Shown: positions 11,083 through 21,800 of the stretch, one piece after another
How positions within the stretch are numbered: position 1 is the stretch's first letter
Layout: every line of letters begins with the position of its first letter
NCBI GenBank assembly: GCA_052279835.1
Contig: CP181291.1
Location: 5,920,001-5,984,000 of the forward strand
DNA from: Microcoleus sp.
Lineage (GTDB): Bacteria; Cyanobacteriota; Cyanobacteriia; Cyanobacteriales; Microcoleaceae
Length of the DNA: 64,000 nt
Direction: 5' to 3'
Program-made: the position numbers and the translations under genes
The notes under the pieces: generated by a model
The model's input: the letters and a program-made list of their open reading frames with translations, nothing else
What the model was told of the DNA's origin: nothing
Databases searched by the model: none

Positions 11083-13242
11083 CTAATCACACCGCCAAAT
11101 CTTAATCGTCTCATCCGCACTTCCACTGACCAGTATATTGCCCAAAGGTGCGATCGCCACCGAATACACCGTACCCACATGACCCTTAAGAGTGCTCAAC
11201 AACTCCCCAGTCTGCAAATTCCAAATTTTCACCGTATTATCATCGCAGCCACTAGCCAAAGTCAAACCATCCCCACTAATCACCACCGAATCGCCCCGAC
11301 TCACATAATTCTGCAAAATATGCACACCCTCATTACTTCCTAAAGTCGGCACACCATTATCTTTGTCATAATTAAAATTTAAAATCCGCAACAAACTGCC
11401 AGTCTGCAAATTCCGCAACTTAATCGTATAATCATTACTAACACTAGCCAGAATCTTGCCATCAGGTCCGATCGCCACAGAATTCACCCCAACATTCAAC
11501 CCCGAAAGAGTCCGCAACAATTTCCCCGTTTCCACATCCCAAATCTTACTCGTGGCATCAGAACTCCCGCTAGCCAAAATTTTACCATCCGGGCTAAAAA
11601 CCACCGCATTCACATTATCAGAATGACCCTTCAAAGTCCGCAGCAACTCCCCACTTCGCAAATTCCAAATTTTAATCGTATTATCCGCCCCGCCACAGCT
11701 AGCAATTACTCGCCCGTTGGGGCTAATCGCCACGGAATTCACCTCCATAGAATGTCCCGGAAAAGTACACAGCAACTCGCCATTATACAAATTCCAAAAT
11801 TTAATAGTCTCGTCCGAACTACCGCTGGCTAGAATTTGCCCATCCGAACTAATAGCCACCGAATTTACTCGATCGGAATGTCCCGTTAGAGTACCAATTA
11901 ATTCCCCGGTTTCTAAATTCCAAATCTTAATAGTTTTATCCCAACTACCACTCGCCAAAGTGAGACCATCAGGACTAATTGCCAAAGAATTAACAAAAGA
12001 TGAATGTCCCGGTAGCGTGTGTACGCAGCGCCATTGATGATTTTTTAACTTATAAGCTAATTCCTTTGCCCGTTGCGATACCGCCAAGGCTTCTTCTCTA
12101 CGTTTGAGTTCAGTCTCCTCCAAACGCTTGCGTTCCGCCTTAGCCTTGGCTTCTCGAACTGCCAGCCGTCGCATTTCCCCTTCATAGGCTATTCGCTGCT
12201 GTTTCTGAATTTCTTTGAGAGTTTCAATGTATGGCAATTCCCAATCTTGAGAAAACCATTCTTGAGCGAATTCTTCCTTTAAATTGAATAACTGAGGTTC
12301 GTGAGTAAAATCGATATTAAGATAATACAAATCTGCTAAAAACGCAGCCAATAACTTGTGAATAGTCACAATAATCTGCCGAATTATTCGCAGGCTGATC
12401 TTGGGATTTTTCCCCTCTGCTTCCAACTGATGGTAAACTTCTTCCCAATTCCAAGGCTGCATCGCCACTAAAGAAACACTTTGATTAATCACTCCCCAAA
12501 ACCCGACATGAAAATTCACTTCATAGTCGCTGATATCGCTATACAATATAGCAGTCGGCACTGGAGACAATACAGTCTGTAACCGCTCCACATCAATATC
12601 AGAAATGGGCTTTTTGAAATAATCTCCGTAAAACTGAACAGGACACAAATCTCCGTACTGAGGATAGTGTTGGTTCAAAAAAGCTCTCAACTTACCAGGA
12701 AGTTCGATATTCAGATTGTGGCGAAAGGAATCAGGGCAATCTTGGCTAATTTTGGCAGGAGCAACTAATAACAGCAATCGGTGTTGCTGCTGCTGCAAAA
12801 TTTGTTCAGTTTCCTGTCTGCTCAAATTAGAAAACCAGTTGTCTCGGTCCCAAACAATTTGGATTTCGCTCAGCTTAACTCGAATTGCTTCTGCTTGAAA
12901 CTCGCGCATTAATTCGCGACATAGCCGACTAATTGCCCGTCGGTCCCTCAATTCTTCTGCCTTAATTCGATTAGCGCGTTCTTCTTTGACCCATTCTTCA
13001 TTTATATTGGCTATCTCCATTAATTCTTCTTCTCTAGCCTGGTGTCGCTGCAAATATTTAACCTGTGCTTTAATCCAGCGGGGGTCTTTTTTGATTTGTT
13101 GATTTAAAGTTGAAGAAGCCGATGGTTCAATTTCTGCAAAACGTTCGTTGACAGCGCTTGCTCCCAATCTTTCTCCCAATTCGTTGGCAATCGGCTTCAA
13201 CAGTTCAATTAGCGCGTCTGAAATGGGGGGGAATAAGGACAT
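11083..13242 (-). CDS. WD40-repeat protein with uncharacterised N-terminal domain and coiled coil
   Basis: About seven GH...WD/WN repeats in the C-terminal ~320 aa. Confidence 0.92.
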   Translation of the reverse strand: MSLFPPISDALIELLKPIANELGERLGASAVNERFAEIEPSASSTLNQQIKKDPRWIKAQVKYLQRHQAREEELMEIANINEEWVKEERANRIKAEELRDRRAISRLCRELMREFQAEAIRVKLSEIQIVWDRDNWFSNLSRQETEQILQQQQHRLLLLVAPAKISQDCPDSFRHNLNIELPGKLRAFLNQHYPQYGDLCPVQFYGDYFKKPISDIDVERLQTVLSPVPTAILYSDISDYEVNFHVGFWGVINQSVSLVAMQPWNWEEVYHQLEAEGKNPKISLRIIRQIIVTIHKLLAAFLADLYYLNIDFTHEPQLFNLKEEFAQEWFSQDWELPYIETLKEIQKQQRIAYEGEMRRLAVREAKAKAERKRLEETELKRREEALAVSQRAKELAYKLKNHQWRCVHTLPGHSSFVNSLAISPDGLTLASGSWDKTIKIWNLETGELIGTLTGHSDRVNSVAISSDGQILASGSSDETIKFWNLYNGELLCTFPGHSMEVNSVAISPNGRVIASCGGADNTIKIWNLRSGELLRTLKGHSDNVNAVVFSPDGKILASGSSDATSKIWDVETGKLLRTLSGLNVGVNSVAIGPDGKILASVSNDYTIKLRNLQTGSLLRILNFNYDKDNGVPTLGSNEGVHILQNYVSRGDSVVISGDGLTLASGCDDNTVKIWNLQTGELLSTLKGHVGTVYSVAIAPLGNILVSGSADETIKIWRCD

Positions 13243-13731
13243 AAGTTACTACACATATAAAATGATGGCCAGGAAGAGGGACAGACGGAAATAGCTAAAT
13301 AGTATAGTTGTGAGTTGGTGAGATTGCTTCATCAATCACAACACGAAGCGTTGCATGAGTTGGGGAATGGAAGAGTGTGAGCCTGTTTCTGATGCCTTTT
13401 TACCTTTGGTCTTTTGCCGATCGAGCGGGATTTTTTAGCCCCAGTTCAAAATGAATAAAAAAATCTACGACAGCTTAAAAGTTAAAATTTTTTGTGACTA
13501 GGCGGGGATTTATTAGCGTCGCCTTGGGATTTAACCGATCGCACACCCCCACCTAGTTATCCACACCTTAAATTAATAGTTTGTATATTCTTTACATTTT
13601 ACCGTAGATCTGCCTACAAAGCACTGATAAAAGAGACTCAGGCATATTCGATCGCCCGGACCGGCTGCCTATTCATTTTCCTATTGCCATTTTACTCGCT
13701 CTCGTATATGATTTGAACTCATGACAATAAT

Positions 13732-13757
13732 TACGGTATTCCGACGTAATAACCGTA
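13732..13757. promoter_or_regulatory. Imperfect palindrome upstream of the sulfate ABC operon, candidate operator
   Basis: TACGGT-N14-ACCGTA, 23 nt before the likely ATG at 13781. Confidence 0.4.
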
Positions 13758-13780
13758 CTTTCAGTAAAGGAACCAATATA

Positions 13781-14926
13781 ATGAGTCCGTGGCAACGCCT
13801 AAGTCAACGTCTTCGCCAGTCACAACCGCAGCCAGTGGGCAAAAGTCAATTATTGACTTCGCTTAAAAGCTTTGTGTCGCTATTTTTACTGGGAATCACA
13901 TTAAGTTTTGCGATCGCCTCCTGCGCGCCCAGTAGCAACAACAATCCCGGAGCCAATCCCGGCGGGGCTGCTAGCCCAAGCGCCAACAAAAGCGTAGAAT
14001 TAACCCTCGTTTCCTTCGCCGTCACCAAAGCCGCCCACGAAGCCATAATTCCCAAATTCGTAGAAAAGTGGCAAAAAGAACAGGGCCAAACCGTCACATT
14101 CAGCCAAAGCTACGGCGGTTCCGGTTCCCAAACCAGAGCCGTAATTGACGGCTTAGAAGCAGACATCGTACACCTAGCCCTCGCCCTCGACACCAAAAAA
14201 ATCGAAAAAGCCGGACTAATTGAGCCTGGGTGGGAAAAAGAAGTCCCTAACGAAGCCATAGTCAGCAAATCTGTAGCAGCCATAGTCACCCGCGATGGGA
14301 ATCCTAAAGGCATCAAAAACTGGGAAGATTTAAGCAAAGATGGAGTGAAACTGATTACCGCCGATCCCAAAACATCGGGGGTAGCTCGCTGGAATTTCCT
14401 AGCACTTTGGGGCTCGGTACTCAAAACCGGAGGAGACGATACCAAAGCATTAGACTTTACTAGCAAAGTCTACAAAAATGTCCCCATCCTGACTAAAGAT
14501 GCCCGCGAAGCCACCGACGTATTTTTCAAACAAGGCCAAGGTGACGCCTTAATCAACTACGAAAACGAGATTATTTTGGCTAGTCAGAAAGGGGAAAAAC
14601 CGACTTATACTATTCCAGAAGTCAATGTTTCCATCGACAATCCCATCGCCATTGTTGATAAAAATGTCACCAAACACGGCACCAAGGAAGTAGCCGAAGC
14701 CTTCGTCAAATTCCTGTACACCCCAGAAGCTCAACGAGAATTTGCCAAAGCCGGATTCCGCCCAGTAGATGCGACAGTGGCTGCGGAACCAGAATTTGCC
14801 CAAAAATATCCCCCTATCAAAACTCTATTTACAGCTCAAGACTTAGGAGGTTGGGGAGAAATTCAGAAGAAATTCTTTGATGACGGAGCTGTTTTTGACA
14901 AAATCCAAGGTTCAATTAAAAGGTAG
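13781..14926 (+). CDS. sbpA: Sulfate ABC transporter substrate-binding lipoprotein
   Basis: IASC lipobox, QSYGGSGSQTRAVIDGLEAD, DPKTSGVARWN, LINYENE; AAGGA RBS precedes ATG 13781. Confidence 0.95.
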   Translation: MSPWQRLSQRLRQSQPQPVGKSQLLTSLKSFVSLFLLGITLSFAIASCAPSSNNNPGANPGGAASPSANKSVELTLVSFAVTKAAHEAIIPKFVEKWQKEQGQTVTFSQSYGGSGSQTRAVIDGLEADIVHLALALDTKKIEKAGLIEPGWEKEVPNEAIVSKSVAAIVTRDGNPKGIKNWEDLSKDGVKLITADPKTSGVARWNFLALWGSVLKTGGDDTKALDFTSKVYKNVPILTKDAREATDVFFKQGQGDALINYENEIILASQKGEKPTYTIPEVNVSIDNPIAIVDKNVTKHGTKEVAEAFVKFLYTPEAQREFAKAGFRPVDATVAAEPEFAQKYPPIKTLFTAQDLGGWGEIQKKFFDDGAVFDKIQGSIKR

Positions 14927-15041
14927 TAGCTGGGGCTGGTTACTGAGCGTAGTCGAAGTATACGAAATGATTGGTTTAGTCGAATATGCTTGGTAAAACC
15001 CTCCCCTAGTGCAATTCTTTCCAACTCAAAACTATTCTTAT

Positions 15042-15902
15042 ATGACTGTATCTTCTCCAACCAATAATCCTCAATCTCCGATCGAGCAGATCAAAAGGGC
15101 GATCGGCAAAATCACACTACCTTGGGGAATCACCCTCGGCTACCTCAGCCTCATGCTATTGCTCCCAGTGGCCGCCATGCTCTTGAAAGCCAGCACCGCA
15201 AACCCCGCCGAATTTTGGAAAATTGCCACAAGTCCCATCGCCCTTTCCGCCTACGATGTCACCTTCGTTACGGCATTAATTGCAGCATTAATTAACGGAT
15301 TGTTCGGCACATTAATTGCCTGGGTTTTAGTCCGTTACAATTTTCCCTTAAAAAGAATTATCGATGCGATCGTCGATTTGCCCTTTGCACTGCCCACTTC
15401 CGTTGCAGGTTTAACTCTCGCCACAGTTTACAGCGACAACGGCTGGATTGGTTCGCTGTTTGCACCCTTGGGAATCAAAATCTCCTTTACTCGCTTGGGC
15501 GTAGGTATAGCCATGATATTTATTTCCTTGCCATTTATCGTCCGAACTGTACAGCCAGTTTTAAACGAGATGGAAAAAGACATCGAAGAAGCAGCTTGGT
15601 GTCTAGGTGCTTCTCAATTTCAAACCTTTTGGCGAGTAGTTTTGCCACCCCTATTTCCGTCTATTTTAACCGGAGTTGCCCTGGGATTTTCGCGAGCGGT
15701 TGGCGAGTACGGTTCTACTGTAATTGTCGCCTCTAACATACCGTTCAAAGATTTAATCGCCCCTGTTTTAATTTTTCAAAGATTGGAACAGTATGACTAT
15801 GCAGGAGCCACAGTGATCGGCACTGTCATGTTAGCTATTTCCCTAAGTATGCTGTTTGCAATTAATCTTTTACAAGCATGGAGAAGGCGCTATGACGGCT
15901 AA
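15042..15902 (+). CDS. cysT: Sulfate ABC transporter permease CysT
   Basis: [39 protein letters not shown]. Confidence 0.95.
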   Translation: MTVSSPTNNPQSPIEQIKRAIGKITLPWGITLGYLSLMLLLPVAAMLLKASTANPAEFWKIATSPIALSAYDVTFVTALIAALINGLFGTLIAWVLVRYNFPLKRIIDAIVDLPFALPTSVAGLTLATVYSDNGWIGSLFAPLGIKISFTRLGVGIAMIFISLPFIVRTVQPVLNEMEKDIEEAAWCLGASQFQTFWRVVLPPLFPSILTGVALGFSRAVGEYGSTVIVASNIPFKDLIAPVLIFQRLEQYDYAGATVIGTVMLAISLSMLFAINLLQAWRRRYDG

Positions 15903-16770
15903 TATCAATTCATCCACAGATTACAAATTTCCGGGCGGTAGTTCCACGCAGAGTCAGGAAAAACCCTGGGTTAAGCCAACTTTAATCACCATTGCGATCG
16001 CCTATCTGGCTCTCGTCTTATTTATCCCCACCCTCAACGTTTTTTACCAAGCTTTCAAAAAAGGAGTAGAGCCATTTTTTGCTAACTTAACCTCGCCCGA
16101 TTTTCTGCACGCCGCCCAACTTACCCTGGTGATTTCTTTAATTGTTGTGCCTATTAATACCGTATTCGGTTTGTGCGCGGCCTGGGTAATTGGTCGCAAT
16201 AAATTTCCTGGCCGCACGCTATTAATCAGCATTTTAGATGTACCATTTGCCATATCTCCCGTAGTTGCAGGCTTAATGATTGTACTGCTTTACGGTCGGT
16301 TGGGATGGTTCGGTCCCTGGCTGGAAGCTGCTAATATTAAGGTAATTTTTGCCTTTCCGGGAATGGTGCTGGCTACTGCTTTTGTGACCCTACCTTTTGT
16401 GGCTCGCGAAGTAATTCCGGTGTTGGAAGAAGTCGGAACCGATCAAGAAGAGGCGGCGAAAACTTTGGGTGCAAATGACTGGCAAATTTTCTGGAATGTC
16501 ACTCTTCCCAGTATTCGCTGGGGATTGCTTTACGGAGTAATTTTGACTAATGCTAGAGCCATGGGAGAATTTGGAGCTGTTTCTGTGGTTTCGGGAAATA
16601 TTGCTAAAAAAACCCAAACTTTGCCTCTGTTTGTAGAGGATGCTTACAAGCAGTATGCGACACAAGCGGCTTTTTCCGCGGCGGTTGTTTTGGGTCTTTT
16701 AGCAGTTGTTACTCTCGTACTTAAGGAGATTTTGGAACGAAAAACTAGCATCAAAGAAGTTGAAGAATAG
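15892..16770 (+). CDS. cysW: Sulfate ABC transporter permease CysW
   Basis: [33 protein letters not shown]; overlaps the cysT end. Confidence 0.95.
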   Translation: MTANINSSTDYKFPGGSSTQSQEKPWVKPTLITIAIAYLALVLFIPTLNVFYQAFKKGVEPFFANLTSPDFLHAAQLTLVISLIVVPINTVFGLCAAWVIGRNKFPGRTLLISILDVPFAISPVVAGLMIVLLYGRLGWFGPWLEAANIKVIFAFPGMVLATAFVTLPFVAREVIPVLEEVGTDQEEAAKTLGANDWQIFWNVTLPSIRWGLLYGVILTNARAMGEFGAVSVVSGNIAKKTQTLPLFVEDAYKQYATQAAFSAAVVLGLLAVVTLVLKEILERKTSIKEVEE

Positions 16771-16836
16771 TTATTGGTTGTTGGCGATATCAATAACCAA
16801 TGACCAATAAATTGTAACAAACATTCGGAGGTTGAA

Positions 16837-17196
16837 ATGTTAGATCACAATAGTAGCGAATCTCAATTTGAACCCATCGACAATTTTCATAAAACTCAAG
16901 AATCAGACCTTCCCAAATCTGACAGCGACGATACCAGACCAACTCAAACCCGGATTCGTATTCGCGTTCCTAAAGAATACCATCAGGAACCAGTCATCTC
17001 TAACCTGATTTCTGAATACGGTTTAAAGGTTAATTTTAATGCTGCTTTCTTGGGTGTCAAAAATTCTGATGACGGTTGGTTTGATTTGGAACTAAATGGT
17101 CCGGCGAAACAGATTGAGAGTGCTCTGATTTATCTCAATGATTTAGATGTGGAAATTTGGAGTAATTCCAATAATCCCGTTGAGGAAAGTTGGTAA
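16837..17196 (+). CDS. Stand-alone NIL domain protein
   Basis: EPVISNLISEYGLKVNFNAA...GWFDLELNG...IESALIYL. Confidence 0.8.
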   Translation: MLDHNSSESQFEPIDNFHKTQESDLPKSDSDDTRPTQTRIRIRVPKEYHQEPVISNLISEYGLKVNFNAAFLGVKNSDDGWFDLELNGPAKQIESALIYLNDLDVEIWSNSNNPVEESW

Positions 17197-17234
17197 CTCA
17201 CCATCACTAATTACCCAGAACTCATCAAATTAAT

Positions 17235-18470
17235 ACGGGATGGGGGAAACGAGGGAGACTTCAGTCCTTCCTAGGGAAGCTGCGCGAGGGACTTCAGTCC
17301 CCGTCTTTTTTCTTTCTTTATTTCTTTTTTTCTTTCTTTATTTCTAAATATTTTATTGAGGGAGCTTGAGATATCTAGTATAATAGCTAAAAGTAGACAA
17401 ATCAACCAATATTCAGGAAAATAGAGGTGACTAAACCTCAAAAAACAATGGGAGTTCAGCAAGTATTACTGTCTCCAACCAAAGAAGTTAAAGCATTGTT
17501 GGAGTATCTCTGCCAACAATCAGGTAAACTTTACAACAGTGGGGTTTATTTCGCTCGTCAAACTTTTTTTAAGACCGGAAAACTCTTGACGGGAAAATTC
17601 GACTTATCTTTTGAATCATCAGTTTCAAAATCAATGGTTGCTAAATCGTTGCCATCAACACCAATGCAGCAAACATTGATGTCGGTCACAGAAGCCTTCA
17701 AATCTTTTAAAGAATTAAGAGATTTGTACATCAAAGGTCAATTGCATTTCAAGCCCAAGCCACCGGGATACCTGACAGGTTCTAAGTTGTTCAAAGTAGC
17801 TTATCCAAATTCGGGAGGGTTAAGACCGAAACTTGTTGACAATCAGTTGAAATTTTCCTTGGGTTTGACGGTGAGAAGGTGGTTTGGAGTTTCTGAATTC
17901 TTTTTACCTATGCCATCAAATCGGGATTTTTCTCAGGTGAAAGAGTTTACGATTCTCCCTAAGAATGGTGCTTTTTATCTGGAAATGTCCTACGAGGTTG
18001 AAAAACAACAACATAATCTGGACATTAATCAAGCATTATCAATTGATTTGGGAACTGCTGATAATTTAGCAGCTTGTATCGATACACTAGGAAACTCCTT
18101 CTTATAGGTTAAAAGAACTGTGCGATTTACACGGCATCAGGTTTGCTGAAACTGAAGAAGCATATACATCGAAAGCTAGTTTTTTAGATGGAGACTCCCT
18201 ACCCAAATATGGTGAAAAACCATCGGGGTGGAAAGCATCTGGAAAGCGGATTAAACGTGGACTGTATCAGTCAGCAAATGGCAGGATTGTGAATGCAGAC
18301 TTAAATGGTGCTGCCAATATTCTGAGAAAAGTAGCCAGTAAGTTAGGTGTAGGCTTAAACCAACTGGGTAGACGGTCTTTGACGACCGTAGCGAGAGTTA
18401 GACTTTGGGTATTACCCAAGCCTATTTTTTCCGCAGAATCGAGCGTGTCTTTAGACCGCTTGAGTGTCAA
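17235..18470 (+). mobile_element. IS200/IS605-family tnpB-only element, internally deleted
   Basis: Left-end hairpin-like sequence at 17236-17305; right end with subterminal hairpin ending TCAA at 18470; left boundary approximate. Confidence 0.75.
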
Positions 18471-18477
18471 ACTCTAG
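17427..18477 (+). pseudogene. tnpB: tnpB pseudogene
   Basis: First frame ends at 18107 shortly after RuvC-I SIDLG; a different frame from 18106 gives RLKELC...EEAYTSKASFLD...NADLNGAANILRK; about 100 codons missing relative to the tnpB at 59617. Confidence 0.9.
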
Positions 18478-18882
18478 GACTAATTAACCATCACTAAGGA
18501 CCCAGGGCTGTGAGATACCCGACCTGTTCAATGGGTATTCTGTTTTTTGCAACAGTTATTTACCTATCTTAGTATTGACATTTTTCATGAATTGTGGTAA
18601 TAAGTTTAATTTAAACACCAAATGTGGCGCGTAAGAATATATAAAAGTATATAAAAAGATGTTTGTAAAACCAGGAACATTATTCCTATGGGAGAGTTCT
18701 AAACAATCAAATTAAATAATTTATTGTAGAGAAGCACAAAAAAACGTTGCTGTCAATACATAAAAAAGCATATGTGGAAGCACGGGCGATCGACTTTATG
18801 GGCACAGGAACAAAAGGCGATCGCTGCTAAGGCTGGTTTGTGTTATCAATTTGATGTGTGGGTGTACCAGAGGAATTAAATC

Positions 18883-21800
18883 ATGGAATTTGACAAAGTA
18901 CGAAACCAACAGATAGTTTTTGTAGATCCAAAAGTTAAAGATTGCGAAATTTTAACGAAAAGCACTGATTTCGATACAGAAGTTATTGTTCTCAAGGGCG
19001 ATCGCGACGGCATCGAGCAAATAGCAGCAACACTCAAACAACGGCAAAATATAGGAGCAGTTCACATTCTGTCTCACGGTGCCGAGGCGTGCGTGCAAAT
19101 AGGTGCAACAGAACTGAATCTAAGTAATATTGAAACTTATCGCGATCGCCTAGAAACATGGTTTGCTTTACCAGCAGAGGAAAACTCGAACTCTCGAATT
19201 ACAGCTAAACCCGAAATTCTACTTTATGGTTGCAACGTCGCCGCCACAGAAGCCGGTGTCGCTTTTGTGCAAAGGCTGAGTCAGCTCACCGGAGCAGAAG
19301 TTGCCGCTTCCAATAACTTGACAGGGAATGCAGCCTTGGGTGGAGACTGGGAACTGGAAGTCACTACAGGCAAAATAGAGACGGCTGTGGCATTTTCCCC
19401 AGAGGCGAGAGAGGCTTACAGCGGTGTCCTTGCTGACTTGCAACAAAAAGTTGCTAACTTTAACGAACTGGTAAATGCCATCAATGTTGCCAACACCAAC
19501 ACAGGGATTGACACGATTACCCTCACTGGCAATATCACCCTCACAGGCCTATTACCGAGAATTACCGACAGCACCACAATTGTTGGTGGTGGTTTCAGGA
19601 TCAGTGGCAATAACAACCGTGCCTTCGTAGTTGATAACACGACATTTAACCTCTCTAACCTCACCATAGATTCTGCAAAAGCAGTAGGCAACCCAGGAAC
19701 CACTGGTGGTGGTGGGGCTGCGGGTTTAGGAGGCGCACTTTTTATCAACGGTGGGACTGTAATTGTTGACAAAGTAACTTTCTCCAGTAACCAGGCAGTC
19801 GGCGGTGCAGGTACTGCTGGGAATGGTGGCAACGGTGGCAACGCTGATTTTGGCACTTTATTCGGAGGCACAGTCGGCACACCTGGCGCAAATGGCCTCA
19901 CGGGTCTAGCAAGCATCGGCGGCCCTGGTGGCCCTGGTGGCCCTGGCAACCCTGGCGGTACTGGCAACCCTGGCGGTACTGGCGGTATTGGCGGTACTGG
20001 CGGTACTGGTGTTGCAGGCTTCTCAGGTGGCGTTGGTGGTGCTGGTGGTGCTGGTGGTGCTGGTAGCGTTGTCGGTAGCGGTGGCGGTGGTGGTGGTGCT
20101 GGTGGCGTTGGCGGTGCTGGCGGTGGTGGTACCCAAGGTAATGGCGGCGCTGGCGGTGCTGGCAGTGCTGGCAACTTTGGTGGCGGCGGTGGCAGTGGCG
20201 GTATCGGTGGCATAGGCACCGCCGCTGGGACTAACGGCGCAGGCGGCCTAGGTGGCTTCGGGGGCGGTGGCGGTAGCGGTAATGCTGCGATCGCTGGTGG
20301 GACTTTTGGCGGTGCAAGTGCGATTGGTTTTGGTGGCGGCGGTGCTGGTTTAGGCGGCGCAATTTTTATCAACGGTGGCACATTCACCATGACCAATAGC
20401 ACCCTGTATAGCAACACCGTGACGGGGGGTGCTTCCGGTGGTGGTACCGCAGTTGCAGGTCAAGCTGCTGGCGGTGCAATTTTTGTCAACACTGGTGCTA
20501 CAGCCACTCTCACTAACAACACGATCGCCTACAACAGTGCCACAGCGGGAACTACAGGTGGCATTTACAACAACGGCGGTACAGTTACGGTCAAAAACAC
20601 GATCGTGGCTGGCAATACTGCCACCACTAACCCCGACCTTACTGGAGCATTCGTCGGGAACAACAACCTGATAGGGGTTCTCGGCACTAGCACTGGTTTG
20701 ACAGTAACTCAACAATTAACCGCTCCTCTGACCATCGCCAATGTATTAGCACCAGTCGCGTCTGCCGGATTGAATGGCGCCACTGGTCCCGCTCCTTTTA
20801 CCCTTGCCCTAGTTGACAACAGCCCCGTTACCACTAGCACTAACCCTGCCATTGGCGGTGGCGACAACACTGCGGCTACTGGTACTACAGACCAACGCGG
20901 CACAGGTTTCCCTCGAAAAATTGACAACACTCTTGTCAATAAACCCAATGTTGACATTGGTGCTTACGAGTACGGCCCCGTCGTCCAGGGTCAGAAATTC
21001 AACGACACCAACGGCAATGCGGCCAAAGACGGGACAGAAGCAACTGTCACAACTCCAGTCCAAAACTTTGTTGTTTATGTAGATGACAACAATAACAGCA
21101 CCCTAGATAGTGCGGAAAAACGGGTGACTGTCGCAACGGGTGGGAATTACACCCTCCTCGACACCAAGAGTAATAGCCCCGTTCGAGAACAGGCAGTAAC
21201 TAATTGGCAGCAAACTTTCCCTACAGCTACCGCTACTCCCTACAACACAGGTATTGCTGACTCTAACAGCAAAGACTTTGGCAACTTCCAGTCCATGACC
21301 ATTAATGGTCTCATCTTTGATGATAAAAACGGCAACGGAACCCAAGACTCAGGAGATACCGGATTACCCAACATCCAGATCAACTTAATCAACTCCGTCA
21401 CCGGAGCAACTATCAGCAGCCAAAACACAACTCCCACTGGTACTTATAGTTTCCAGAGCCTAGGGCCGCTGACCGGCGGTGCTACCTACCGAGTCCGGGA
21501 AGTAGTGCCGACAGGTTCCACAAAAACCACAGTCGATCCCGCCGACATCCCCCTCCAAAGCGGTGCAACTGTCGCTGGCGGAAACTTCGGCAACTTCAAA
21601 AACATCACCATTAGCGGCACCAAATTCGATGACAAAAACGGCAACAGTGTCCTAGACACGGGAGAGGTAGCACCGGCAACTCCTTTTGATATTCAGTTAC
21701 TCAACGCCGCCGGTGCAGTGGTCAAAACCCAAACCACAGCTACCACAGGCAACTACACCTTTACCGATGTTGGGCCAGGCACCTACACCCTAAAGGAAGT

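Noticed and set aside
19416..20417. Pro-rich 333-aa antisense ORF
   Set aside because: Mirror of Gly codons in the adhesin
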